Positions 1-11,416 of a DNA stretch of 64,000 nt are shown here, one piece after another. Positions within the stretch are counted from its first letter, which is position 1. Each line of letters begins with the position of its first letter. Position numbers and translations under genes: made by a program. Origin of the DNA: Octopus sinensis (lineage: Eukaryota); contig NC_043007.1 in the NCBI RefSeq assembly GCF_006345805.1, positions 37,448,001-37,512,000 on the forward strand. The letters run 5' to 3'. The notes beneath the pieces are model-generated. The model searched no databases. It was not told where the DNA came from and was given only the letters and a program-made list of their open reading frames with translations.

Positions 1-174
1 GTCACATTTTATAATATGAGGAATTTTGTCCTAGAGGTCACGCCTTTCATTTGAGGAAAAAAATAGTTGTCATGCAAACTCGGCAGCACTTTTAACATAA
101 GTGTGCATATTTTCAGCACAACCGACCACATAATGCACACATTATATATATATATATATATACGCATTATATAT

Positions 175-1155
175 TGTTACGGACCACCCTCGCTCAGTCG
201 AACGGAGAATTCGCCACACAGAGAGGACTCGGTGGGGGTGGCAGTGGCGAACACAACAACCGGCGACCGGAGATATGGCAACAACAACAACAACAACAAC
301 AAGAGATACAGATACAAGGAGAGACGGCGGAAGGCAATTGGCTACATTTAAACACAGTTTATGACAATCATTACAACATCAAATACATTTAAAGAAAACA
401 ACAGGTATACAACAGATCAAAGCATTTAAACATGCAGATACAATAAAACAACAGCATTTAAACAGTACACGTCGAATCAAACAAATAAGTTCAGATCAAA
501 TAATGTTCACGATACGTTCAAAGTCCTTCAAAGTCTTTACAATCTCATTTCTTTAGCACTGTTCTTTATAACACATCAACAAGTCCTTTACTCAATTCTG
601 TAACAGTTCGTTATAATCTCTTTACATAATTCACATATCAACACAATTCACAATGTTCGTTATAATCCCTTTATCCAGCACATCAACTCTTTTACAATTC
701 AACATCAATACAACAATTCACATTACAATTCAACAACACATACCGTTTCAATTTCTAGTTACAACTCCTACTACAATAGCCATGCCTTCTATCCGCCGTA
801 ATCCCTCTCTCTCGCTCTACATGTTCCTAATGCTTATCTGTCTGTCTTCCTCAGCGTTGTCATCCTCTCGCCATCGCCACCTTCTTGGCTGCTGTCGTTT
901 TGCCAACCGACTGCCTCCTCCGGCCCCTTTTGCTGTCTCAGGCAGAACTACCTGTTGCCAACTCACTCTGTTCCCGACTGAACAACAGACTCACATCTCC
1001 CTGCTTTTTAAGGGGTTTCCTCGAACTTTCCTTGACCGGCACAAGGCCAAAGGTCCCCTCAAAGCTCATTACTCCTTCGTGAATCTGACAGAACAATGGA
1101 TTTATTCCAAAAGTAGGTCGCAATCAACTGTCCTTAAATTGAACCATTCATAACA
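175..1155 (-). repeat. 3' LTR (981 bp)
   Basis: TG...CA termini; direct repeat of 3025-4013. Confidence 0.95.
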
Positions 1156-1167
1156 CTACCCCTACCT
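1156..1167 (-). other. Polypurine tract
   Basis: The - strand reads AGGTAGGGGTAG directly abutting the 3' LTR TG. Confidence 0.75.
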
Positions 1168-1194
1168 AAGCTTTGTCGACCCGAGAAAAGCACA

Positions 1195-2970
1195 CTAAAC
1201 TCGTACCTCCGAGGGCGAGCTCCAGCAGATGTTCCAGGAACTGGAGGTCTCCCTGGGTGGTTTCTCCTCCGGGAGTCTCGCCTCCCACGGCCACCACTTC
1301 ACCACCGGCCACAGGTTGGCATCTTCCCTCTGCGGCTTGGGTAACACCTCCGCCGAGGCCGCGAGGCCTCCTACGAGACGCCTACAATGGACGCCCCGCC
1401 CGAGGGAGTTCCTTAGCTCCCTCACACAAGCAGGGTCCGGCCAATCCTTCACAGTGGCCACCTTCCTCAGGGCTCTATACCCCACGTAGCGCCTTGCTGT
1501 GTCGTCTCCATTCTGCACAACTAAGGCCGACGACCAGGGACCGTTCCGCCCTTTCACTGTTCCCCGTCGCCGATATCTCTTCTTTCGCTGCCGTACTGGG
1601 ACCATCCTCCGGCCCCGCTGCCTCCTCAAGCGACGACCGCCCGGGTCGATGAAACGCCCTGCGTCCTCCACCAACAACCGAGTGCCAACCAAGCACCGGC
1701 GACTCCCTGCGGACCGCCTCCGCAACTGCATCGGTAGACCACCATCTCCTTCAACTGCATCACTGTATTGGCAGAACTGGCCCTGCCGCTGGTTCACCGC
1801 CCGGCGCAGTTCCACGATTTGCCCTCTACAAATCGCCTGCGCAGCCTTCAATAAATCGGCCGACCCAACCAGCGCTCTGTCAACTTCTGCCTCTACCAGG
1901 GTCCAGCCGACCCTCACTTGGGCTTTCAGCATGCACTGCCTATCGGGCTCCACCAGCCCCAAGCAACCATCGAATACAAAGCTCACCCGAGTGCCAACCA
2001 AGCACCGGCGACTCCTTGAGGACCGCTTCCGCAACTGCACAGGTTGACCACCATCTCCATCGACTGCGTTATTGTATTGGCAGAACTGGCCTTGCCACTG
2101 GTTCACCATCTGGCACGATTCCTCGATTTGCCCTCTACAAATCGCCTGTGCCACTTCCAAAAGATCGGCAGACCCAGCCAGCGCTCTGCCAGCTTCTGCT
2201 TCTACCAGGGTCCACCCGACCCTCACTTGTGCTTTCACTAGGCACTGCCTGTCGGGCTCCACCAGTCCCAAGCAGCCATCAAACACAAAGCTCACCCAAC
2301 ACTGGAGCAGTCTTCCTGGTCTTGGTAGACCTACCACCGTTCGCAGCCGTCTCGCCTCGTCACCAGGCTTGGTCCTCTTCCTCACCAGCTTCTGCACCGA
2401 AGGCTTCACAACATGCAAGTTCGTCCGACAGTCCTCCTGAGCCCCAAGAGACAGGGGCCCAGACACCAAAGGACTCACACACGGCACATCAATCGCAGCG
2501 ACCACCACACACACAGCCGGCTCTTCGGACTCAGCGACATCAGCTTCAGACTTCACCAGCTCTTCGTCCTGAGTTACGGAGGACAGGGGTCGAGATGCCA
2601 AAGGCTCCAGACACGGAACAACAGCAGCAGACAACACACATTCAGCAGGCTTTTCGGTTTCAGCGCCCTCCACAGGCTCCACATCACAAGGCTCCTCGGG
2701 TCCACTTCCTTCACCACCCATTTCACTTGATGGGAAATCTCCGCCCACATGACCACACTTATCCCCGGTCCAACACTGATCCTCCAGGGCTGACCCATCC
2801 ATAACCTCAGGCTCTTCCTGATCTGCCGGTGGGCCCTGTCGCCTCTTGTCCAGCCTTTCCATGAATGCGTCTAGCTGTGTCCTGTGGCCCCTCAACATCT
2901 CCACAATCAAGGCAAGCGAGCTCTCTTCCTCTCCAGTCTGGCTACAAGTTCGTGCCTCCACAGAATCCAT
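1195..2970 (-). CDS. Single 591-aa ORF of the LTR element: degenerate, internally deleted gag-pol-like protein
   Basis: The ATG (MDSVEART) is ~35 nt after the PBS and the stop ~40 nt before the PPT. The C-terminus has GPWSSALVV..YRALRKV (RT N-terminal-like) fused to KDWPDPACVRELRNSLG..RRLVGGLA (RT thumb/connection-like). No YxDD, RNase H or integrase motifs. The frame is also open 88 codons upstream into the LTR (ATG at 3234). Confidence 0.7.
   Translation of the reverse strand: MDSVEARTCSQTGEEESSLALIVEMLRGHRTQLDAFMERLDKRRQGPPADQEEPEVMDGSALEDQCWTGDKCGHVGGDFPSSEMGGEGSGPEEPCDVEPVEGAETEKPAECVLSAAVVPCLEPLASRPLSSVTQDEELVKSEADVAESEEPAVCVVVAAIDVPCVSPLVSGPLSLGAQEDCRTNLHVVKPSVQKLVRKRTKPGDEARRLRTVVGLPRPGRLLQCWVSFVFDGCLGLVEPDRQCLVKAQVRVGWTLVEAEAGRALAGSADLLEVAQAICRGQIEESCQMVNQWQGQFCQYNNAVDGDGGQPVQLRKRSSRSRRCLVGTRVSFVFDGCLGLVEPDRQCMLKAQVRVGWTLVEAEVDRALVGSADLLKAAQAICRGQIVELRRAVNQRQGQFCQYSDAVEGDGGLPMQLRRRSAGSRRCLVGTRLLVEDAGRFIDPGGRRLRRQRGRRMVPVRQRKKRYRRRGTVKGRNGPWSSALVVQNGDDTARRYVGYRALRKVATVKDWPDPACVRELRNSLGRGVHCRRLVGGLAASAEVLPKPQREDANLWPVVKWWPWEARLPEEKPPRETSSSWNICWSSPSEVRV
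1679..2296. repeat. Tandem duplication, 2 x 309 bp (103 codons), inside the ORF
   Basis: CGAGTGCCAACCAAGCACCGGCGACTCC occurs at 1679 and 1988. The protein unit VSFVFDGCLGLVEPDRQC...RRCLVGTR occurs twice. Confidence 0.95.
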
Positions 2971-3003
2971 AGCGAACAACCAATCGACCGCAGCAATCAG
3001 GAC

Positions 3004-3022
3004 AATCCCACTTCTGACACCA
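3004..3022 (-). other. Primer-binding site complementary to the 3' end of tRNA-Leu
   Basis: The - strand reads TGGTGTCAGAAGTGGGATT, 2 nt inside the LTR. It complements the ...AATCCCACTTCTGACA-CCA 3' end of eukaryotic tRNA-Leu(CAA) as I recall it. Confidence 0.88.
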
Positions 3023-3024
3023 GT

Positions 3025-3127
3025 TGTTATGGACCACCCTCGCTCAGTCGAACGGAGAATTCGACACACAGAGAGGACTCGGTGGGGGTGGCAGTGACGA
3101 ACACAACAACCGGCGACCGGAGATATG

Positions 3128-3161
<34 letters not shown>

Positions 3162-4013
3162 GAGATACAGATACAAGGAGAGACGGCGGAAGGCAATTGG
3201 CTACATTTAAACACAGTTTATGACAATCATTCATTACACATCAAATACATTTAAAGAAAACAACAGGTATACAACAGATCAAAGCATTTAAACATGCAGA
3301 TACAATAAAACAACACGCATTTAAACAGTACACGTCGAATCAACAAATAAGTTCAGATCAAATAATGTTCACGATACGTTCAAAGTCCTTCAAGTCTTTA
3401 CAATCTCATTTCTTTAGCACTGTTCTTTATAACACATCAACAAGTCCTTTACTCAATTCTGTAACAGTTCGTTATAATCTCTTTACATAATTCACATATC
3501 AACACAATTCACAATGTTCGTTATAATCCCTTTATCCCACATCAACTCTTTTACAATTCAACATCAATACAACAATTCACATTACAATTCAACAACACAT
3601 ACCGTTTCATTTCTAGTTACAACTCCTACTACAATAGCCATGCCTTCTATCCGCCGTAATCCCTCTCTCTTGCTCTACATGTTCCTAATGCTTATCTGTC
3701 TGTCTTCCTCAGCGTTGTCATCCTCTCGCCATCGCCACCTTCTTGGCTGCTGTCTTTTTGCCAACCGACTGCCTCCTCCGGCCCCTTTTGCTGTCTCAGG
3801 CAGAACTACCTGTTGCCAACTCACTCTGTTCCCGACTGAACAACAGACTCACATCTCCCTGCTTTTTAAGGGGTTTCCTCGAACTTTCCTTGACCGGCAC
3901 AAGGCCAAAGGTCCCCTCAAAGCTCATTACTCCTTCGTGAATCTGACAGAACAATGGATTTATTCCAAAAGTAGGTCGCAATCAACTGTCCTTAAATTGA
4001 ACCATTCATAACA
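3025..4013 (-). repeat. 5' LTR (989 bp)
   Basis: Near-identical to 175-1155: by eye 6 substitutions and about 7 small indels, including a (CAA)n length change. TATAAA on - at 3426-3431. Confidence 0.95.
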
Positions 4014-5029
4014 ATATATATATGTGTGTGTGTAAGCATTATATATACAAATTATATATATATATATATACGCCAGCCAAGATAAGTTAAAAATTGTCTA
4101 AAGTCGTAAGACGCCCGCTGTTTTTGTCCTGCTTACCATTCTTGTTTTTTATTTCTATTTTTTGTTTCTTGTATTTATATTCGTGTGGCATCCTGTCTTT
4201 GTTTCGTATACATTCGATCCTCTTTCCAAGAAATCTAATGCCTGTGGCTTAGTTTTTCCTTGGGGCTGGCCAGTTCGGAGTGATATCGAGATTAAACAGC
4301 CGAAATTGCTAAGATGATCCGGTTCCGACTGAAGATTAGAGGCTTCGAGTGACCCGTCTGTTTTTTTGTGTCGTCTCTTTGTGTGTTTTTGCGTTCTTGT
4401 CCCACTTTGTAATTTATATTTTATATTTAATTTCTATACATATATATATATATATATATATAAATTAAATTAGAGATAAAACCACTATTAGGCAAATCAA
4501 ACATAAACGAAAACATAAAAATAAAAATATATTATACAAAATATATAAAATATAAAATTAAAAAATTTAAATTATTTAAATTTAAATTTAAAATTATTAA
4601 TTTATATTTATAATTTTAAAAAATATATATATAACTATCAAAAAGTATTAAAAAGTTTAATATACATAAATACAGATATATACACTTTGTATATATACAT
4701 TATATAAACATATTTATATATAGAACACACACACACACATAAATTAACCCTATAAATATCTGATTCATAATATTTGTTCTCATTATTGTGTTGTGGTGGT
4801 GGCGATGATAATTCTGTCCATGAATGCAGACAGACGTAGAGAGAGAGAGAGTGTGTGAAAGCGCTGTCGAAGGCGGGGAGGGGGAGATATAGAACGCTGT
4901 TTGACGACATTATAAAGAGAAAGTGAAGGGGAGTTAGACGCTGCTAAACGACGTTATATTTAGAAAGTGATGGGAAGGGAGGAAAGAGAGTGAGTGACGG
5001 AGGAAGACAGATACATAATAGAATGAGAG

Positions 5030-5238
5030 TAGACTTGTCAAAGTGCGTTTTTGGCCCTAGCAACGACACCTTTTAAGATAGGGATTTCTAACGTAACCCA
5101 CTCGCATCCTCACCTCATTTTACATGTCCCTGTAAATTTTGGAGTCAATCCGACGGGATGTAGTGGCCTTTAACCCGTTCTCAATGCCAAAACCAGACAA
5201 ACAAACAAACTTTTCGCATTTCAGATTTATAATACAGA
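5030..5238 (-). mobile_element. Helitron-like non-autonomous element, 5' part
   Basis: The end CAGATTTATAATACAGA|T resembles the A|TC 5' end of the Helitron at 41863-42261. No CTAG end was found. Confidence 0.35.
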
Positions 5239-5265
5239 TATATATATATGTATATATATATATAG

Positions 5266-5294
<29 letters not shown>

Positions 5295-5296
<2 letters not shown>

Positions 5297-5513
5297 AGAA
5301 AAATTGAGGTAATCAGATCAGATGGTTCATATTTGTAGATATTTATTATATTATTTGTAGATAATATTTGTAGATAATATTTATTATTTGAAAACCCACT
5401 AGAATGGGAGCAAGCGCTAATCCGAATGATATGATATATATGTAAAAAATGTAATATATAAATAAATATCTACAAATATGAACCATCTGATCTGATTACC
5501 TCAATTTTTCTAA
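5295..5513. repeat. Perfect 52-bp inverted repeat (foldback) embedded in (TA)n
   Basis: 5295-5346 is the exact reverse complement of 5462-5513; 115-bp spacer. Confidence 0.9.
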
Positions 5514-5573
5514 TATATATATATATATATAGATATATATATATGTATAAATATATATATATATATATATAAT

Positions 5574-5623
<50 letters not shown>

Positions 5624-5959
5624 CAAGCACCCTCCTAACGCTAAAACGCAAACACTTCCTAAACGAACATTAATTAAATTAGCAAATTTTTCAACAGAAA
5701 CAATATAAAATTTAGCTGCAGTCGTACAGAAAACTTAAATCATATACAATTATCAAATAACACCATATTGTAAAGCGTAAAACACACAGCTTACGCAACT
5801 GCATCGGAAGATGACTACGTCACAAAGAAATTTCCCACAAAAATCAATTTACAAAGCAACAGTATGGCGAGAAATACAAACATGAAATATATATCACACT
5901 ATCAGCAGAAACCTCAAAAGCTTGTATATTCAACACACGTACACCTTCTGAAATATATT

Positions 5960-6372
5960 CTTTTACTCTTTTACTTGTTTCAGTCATTTGACTGTGGCCA
6001 TGCTGGAGCACCGCCTTTAGTCGAGCAAATCGACCCCAGGACTTATTCGTTGTAAGCCTAGTACTTATTCTATCGGTCTCTTTTACCGAACCGCTAAGTT
6101 ACGGGGACGTAAACACACCAGCATCGGTTGTCAAGCGATGTTGGGGGCACAAACACAGACACACAAACATATACACACATATACACATATACATATATAA
6201 AGATATATACGACAGGCTTCTTTCAGTTTCCGTCTGCCAAATCCAGTTACAAGGCTTTGATCGGTCCGAGGCTATAGTAGAAGACAGGTGCCCAAGGTGT
6301 CACGCGGTGGGACTGAACCCGGAACCATGTGGTTTGTAAGCAAGCTACTTACCATACAGTCACTCCTACGCC
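5960..6372 (-). mobile_element. tRNA-derived SINE, family A (central microsatellite, AAAGAGT tail)
   Basis: Head GGCGTAGGAGTG..GGTTCAGTCCC and body end GCATGGCC.CAGTCAAATGACTGAAACAAGTAAAAGAG. At least 11 copies or pieces in the window. Confidence 0.9.
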
Positions 6373-6762
6373 TTTTAGGAGTTTATAAAAAACCGCAACG
6401 TCCCTGTCTAAATGTATATAAAGCTAAAAAAAAAAAAAATTCAACTGCTAACATAAATATGAAAAAAAATAGACTGTACATCATGCACAAATGGGCTGAG
6501 AATTTGCCTTCAGTGCATCGTTAAAAAATACGAAAAGACAAAACACATACTCACTGAAGAAGAGACATGAGATCAACAATCACACTGCAGACATCCTAAT
6601 GAAGTTAACCTCCAATAATGGCCTGAACTCCAAACAGAATAAAGAATAAACAATCCACACACACACACACACACACGCATGCACACATACACACACAGCC
6701 CCTCCCACACACGCATACATAACTTTAGTTAGATCATCCTAAGGTGATTAAATAAATATACA

Positions 6763-6903
6763 TAAGTAGCTTGTTTACCAACCACATGGTTCCGGGTTCA
6801 GTCCCACTGCGTGGCACCTTGTGCAAGTGTCTTCTATTATAGCCTCGGGCCGACCAAAGTCTTGTGAGTGGATTTGGTAGACGGAAACTGAAAGAAGCCT
6901 GTC

Positions 6904-6948
<45 letters not shown>

Positions 6949-7170
6949 TGTGTGTGTTTGTGCGTCTGTGTTTGTCCCCCTAGCATTGCTTGACAACTGA
7001 TGCTGGTGTGTTTATGTCCCCGTTACTTAGCGGTTCGGCAAAAACAGACCGATAGAATAAGTACTGGGCTTACAAAAGAATAAGTCCCGGGGTCGAGTTG
7101 CTCGATTAAAGGCGGTGCTCCAGCATGGCCGCAGTCAAATGACTGAAACAAGTAAAAGAGTAAAAGAGTA
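6763..7170 (+). mobile_element. SINE family A (5' end clipped)
   Basis: Same body and tail as 5960-6372. Confidence 0.9.
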
Positions 7171-7223
7171 TACTGACTTGTTATGATTTACGTATTCTTT
7201 TATTATTTTTTTTTTTTTTTTTC

Positions 7224-7414
7224 CTTGTTTCAGTCATTTCACTGCGGTGGTTCTGGAGGACTACCTTAAAGGGTTCTAGTCAAAGAAATCGACCCCAGGA
7301 CTCATTCTCTGTAAGACTAGTACTCATTCTATCAGCCTCTTTTGCTGAACCGCTAAGTTATGGGGGACGTAAACTCACCAGCATCAGTTGTCAAGCGATG
7401 GTGGTGGATAAGCA

Positions 7415-7457
<43 letters not shown>

Positions 7458-7617
7458 GATGGGCATCTTTCAGTTTCCGCCTACCAAATCCACTCACTAG
7501 GCGTTGGTCGGCCCGAGGCTACAATAGAAGACACTTGCAGAAGGTGCCACGCAGTGAGTCTCAACCCAGAACCATGTGGTTGAGAAGCAAACGTCTTACG
7601 ATACAGCCACGCCTGCG

Positions 7618-7619
<2 letters not shown>
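7224..7619 (-). mobile_element. SINE family A
   Basis: More diverged copy, tail-to-tail with 6763-7170. Confidence 0.88.
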
Positions 7620-7660
<41 letters not shown>

Positions 7661-8607
7661 CATACATACATACATACATACATACATACATACATACATA
7701 CATACATACATACATACATACATACATACATAGACATACGCACACATCGATACATATATTCATAGACACACACACACACCACATGCACACGCATATATAA
7801 AAATAATTCCCCAACAAAACTACCTGAGACAAGATATATAAAGAGAATTCCGGAAACGGTTGCCATTAGGTGCATCATCTTAAATGTTTTCTTCCCCACG
7901 ATGTCTTGTACACTCTCTGAGAAATGTTGTCTACTGTTTTCTTTGAGTTCTTTTATTATTGTCTTTCTTGGTTCTGTTCCTCTTTTCTGCTTTCCTTTCT
8001 TCCCTGGTTTATATATTTTATGGTTACTTGTTTTCCAAATTCTTTTTCTTCCTCTTTTCCCACTCGCTTGTCTTTTTGTGTATGTCTTTCTATGAGTATA
8101 TGAATATCTTTCTTTATATTTTCTTTGTATTTTTGCTTATTTTGTATTGTGTTTTAGGAGGTTTTTTCTTTCCTACTGCATTAAATTTTTTCATACCGTT
8201 TTTCTTCATTCTCAAAAATGTCGCTCCAGAAAAAGCCAAATTCCAAATTTCTTAAAAAATTAATGAAGAATTCAACGGATTCTTTTTCTGTCATCCGGAC
8301 GCAAATTACAACTGCTTTCTTTTCACTGAGACCTCAAGATTATGGTAGCACCCACTGAAAACAGAAGGAAAAATATTAAAATAGGAAGTCATTTTATTCC
8401 TTCCACAAACATTAAGTGTCGAAGTAGTTCCTTATATATCATCTTTTATTCCAATACATATCAGGTACACACATACAGTGGAGTAGAAGAAAGGTGACAA
8501 GGCCGTAGATCTCTAATGATAAAGTTTGCATTTTTTTATAATAGGGTTGCCCAAACTACAGCCTACGGGTCACATCTGGCTCACAGTATCTTGTGAATCC
8601 GCATTTC

Positions 8608-9060
8608 GGATCTTTTCAGTTTGAACGGCAGTTTTTAACATAATTTCTAGGTAACTAAAGAATTTTAAACTTCGTATACTGGTAGAATGTGTTATAAACA
8701 TCTTTTCTCTTGGCTTTATTGAGAAAATTCTATAGTTTGTAAGATATTTGTTGTTTTTTTTCTTCAATTTCTGCAATTTCAACCAATCACTGACGTCCAT
8801 TGAGGTAAACAACATTCTGTGCCGTATGAATATGTCCCTCGTTTAAGAAACAGATTGGGTTTATTTACATATGTGAAGAAAAAAAGATACCCTTCCCCCA
8901 CCCCCACCCCTAACCCTAACCCTAACCTTAACTAACCCTAACTAACCCTAACCCTAAAATAGATTGAAATGCAATAGATCGATACTAGGGTCATAATTAT
9001 GGGTGACAATTTCATATGACACCGCTAGAAAAAAACTGCAGTTCAAACCGAAAAGATTCC
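8608..9060. mobile_element. MITE with GGA...TCC ends, 7-bp TSD and internal (CCCTAA)n
   Basis: ~30-bp TIR GGA(A)TCTTTTC(A/G)GTTTGAAC.GCAGTTTT. GCATTTC lies at 8601-8607 and 9061-9067. Telomere-like tract at ~8908-8957. Confidence 0.8.
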
Positions 9061-9195
9061 GCATTTCTCTTTCGCAGATGCCAAACCCTGTAATGCATAT
9101 ATCGTATACACTAGCATATTGTATTTGTTGCCGTATAAGATGCACACTCACTTACGTTGCACCATTATTTTACAAGTAAATATATAACATGTATT

Positions 9196-9501
9196 CTTTT
9201 ACTCTTACACTTATTTCTGTCATTTGACTGCGGCCATGCTAGATTACTTCCGTGGAGTAATTTTGTCGAACAATTCAACCCCAGGACTTATAAGCCTAGT
9301 ACTTATTCTATCAGTCTCTAATACATCGATACATATATTCATAGACACACACACTCGCACACACACACACATACACACACACGACGGACTTCTTTCAGTT
9401 TCCGTCTACCAAACCAACTCTCAAGGCTTTGGTCAGCCCAAGGTGCCACGCAGTGGGACTGAACCTGGAACTATGTGGTTGGGCAGCAAGCTTCTTACCA
9501 C
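9196..9501 (-). mobile_element. SINE family A, internally deleted
   Basis: Tail, middle and head blocks are recognisable, with gaps. Confidence 0.8.
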
Positions 9502-9618
9502 GACTAACAATTCAAATATAAACTGTATAAACAAATAAACTCATCTAAAATTATATCTAGCGAGTAAATAATTATAATTAAGAAATAAAATAATGGAAAA
9601 AAAGACAATAGAAAATAG

Positions 9619-9702
<84 letters not shown>

Positions 9703-9705
9703 GAT

Positions 9706-10511
9706 GGACGGAATTTCCTAGTTAACTAAACAATTTGAAACTTCGTATACTGGTAGAATGTGTCAAAAGAAAACATTATTGTAAACAAAATTGAAAACGA
9801 AATTGTAATTCGTAACTTTAACGTAGTTTAATTCTACGAATTTTAACCAATGAAATCCTAGCATTCGAGCTCAAACCATTTGCTGCATCTAAAAACTCTC
9901 ACACACACACGTCTTATTCATCCTTTCTCTCTTCTGTCTTCTGTCTTCTACATGTGCTAGAAATAACAGCTATATCTCTTAAATCGATGAATTTCGTCGC
10001 CCAATAAAAATATTAACGATATATTTTGAATATTTTCTTTATTTTTTTTTTACCGAAAAGGCTTCTCCCATGGTTTTGAAAGGCCAGAAACAACAAAAAC
10101 AAAACAATAATATGCCTAAAGCGGTCTAAAAAATTGCGAAATATTTTGTCATAAAAGGATGCCCCAGCTTGTCGGAAGCTGTGATATAAACTGGGGAAAA
10201 AATCCTTGACACCAGTGCGTAATTGGTACTTAATTTATCGACCCCGAAACGATGAAACATTGGCCCCCACCCCTTCTGGTTTATTTACCTTTTGTGCAAA
10301 TTTGTTGCGGCAAGGGGCAAAACACGAACGTGTATGTATGCTTGTGTGCATATGTGTGTGTATGTATATCTCCGTTTGTATGTGTGTGTACGCTTATATA
10401 TTAATTACTATGTGCTTGTGCAAATGTATATGCATGTGTTTGAGAGAGAGAGAGAGAGTGACAGAGAGTGTGTGTGTGTGTGTGTGCAAGTGTACGTGTG
10501 TATGTATCTGA

Positions 10512-10570
<59 letters not shown>

Positions 10571-10789
10571 GCATGCGTCTGCTATGTTTCTTTATCAATA
10601 TCGATAACGCAGCAAATGATTTGAGCTCAAATGCTCGGATTTCATTGGTTAAAATTCGAAGAATTAAACTACGTTAAAGTTACGAATTACAATTTTGTTT
10701 TCAATTTTGTTTACAATAATGTTTTCTTTTGGCACATTCTACCAGTATACGAAGTTTCAAATTTTTTAGTTTACTAGAAAATTCTGTCC
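9706..10789. mobile_element. Foldback/MITE with ~180-bp inverted arms
   Basis: 9706-9886 matches the reverse complement of 10609-10789. It shares AAACTTCGTATACTGGTAGAATGTG with the interior of 8608-9060. Confidence 0.8.
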
Positions 10790-10879
10790 AAAGAAAGAAA
10801 GAAACAATTATCTTATCAAAATGAATTCTGTTTGTTACGTTTTGCAATAATTCAGTGAAAAGGAATATGATTTACAAAA

Positions 10880-11400
10880 GAAAAACAACAGAAGAAAAAA
10901 GGAAAAAAAGAAGAAAACATCAATGCGACACCAAGCGCCTCTATTGGTCGCACACAGCAAGGTCCAACGGAACCTACTGAAGCAAGCCAACACACTCGCA
11001 TCAATACCACGGGCGATGGCGAGGCTGAGGCATTGAAACACACAAGCACTCTCACGGGCATCACATGCCACCTCAGTAAGGTGAGCCGCCAACGATGACA
11101 AGAACTTCGCCATTAGCGATCCACCCCCTCCAGACGTTTCAAACGCCACAAGCTGGAAGAGATAGTTCCCTGACAGGTCCTGATACTTAGAGATTCTGTT
11201 CCGTTCAGCTACGCAAGTGGTGACCCTCCCTTTTACCGCAGCTTCCATGGGAGAGAACAAAGAAGTCACAGATTGTGGCGTCCCAGATGAAGCACCTACG
11301 TCCTTACCCAGAGATAAAGGGTAAGACCATCTGGTCTCTTTCCATCACCGCTGGATAATCCTGTCGGCTTTCTGCTAGTGCAAAATTCTCGGGAGAATTT
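10880..11400 (-). pseudogene. CRE-clade non-LTR retrotransposon 3' fragment (restriction-like endonuclease)
   Basis: KPTGLSSGDGKRPDGLTL..W and AERNRISKYQDL..Y.FQLVAFETSG..LSLAIARG match the CRE/SLACS C-terminal REL pattern; frameshifted. Confidence 0.75.
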
Positions 11401-11416
11401 TTGCGATGGCTGAAAC

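Larger units (their letters stand above)
175..4013 (-). mobile_element. Non-autonomous Ty3/Gypsy-type LTR retrotransposon (3.84 kb), recent insertion
   Basis: Two ~980 bp direct repeats with TGTTA...TAACA ends. ATAT (or ATATAT) lies on both flanks. A tRNA-Leu-type PBS adjoins one LTR and a purine tract the other, which fixes the - orientation. The internal ORF carries degenerate RT/connection motifs. Confidence 0.95.

Noticed and set aside
653-1153. 166-aa and 165-aa ORFs (also 3514-4011) and other short ORFs at 67-4011
   Set aside because: They lie in the LTRs, antisense to the element. Their N-termini differ by frameshifts between LTR copies, and the stop is the TAA of the TAACA terminus.
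8908-8957. Chromosome end or telomere fusion (also 14359-14555)
   Set aside because: Short degenerate tracts enclosed by TIRs.
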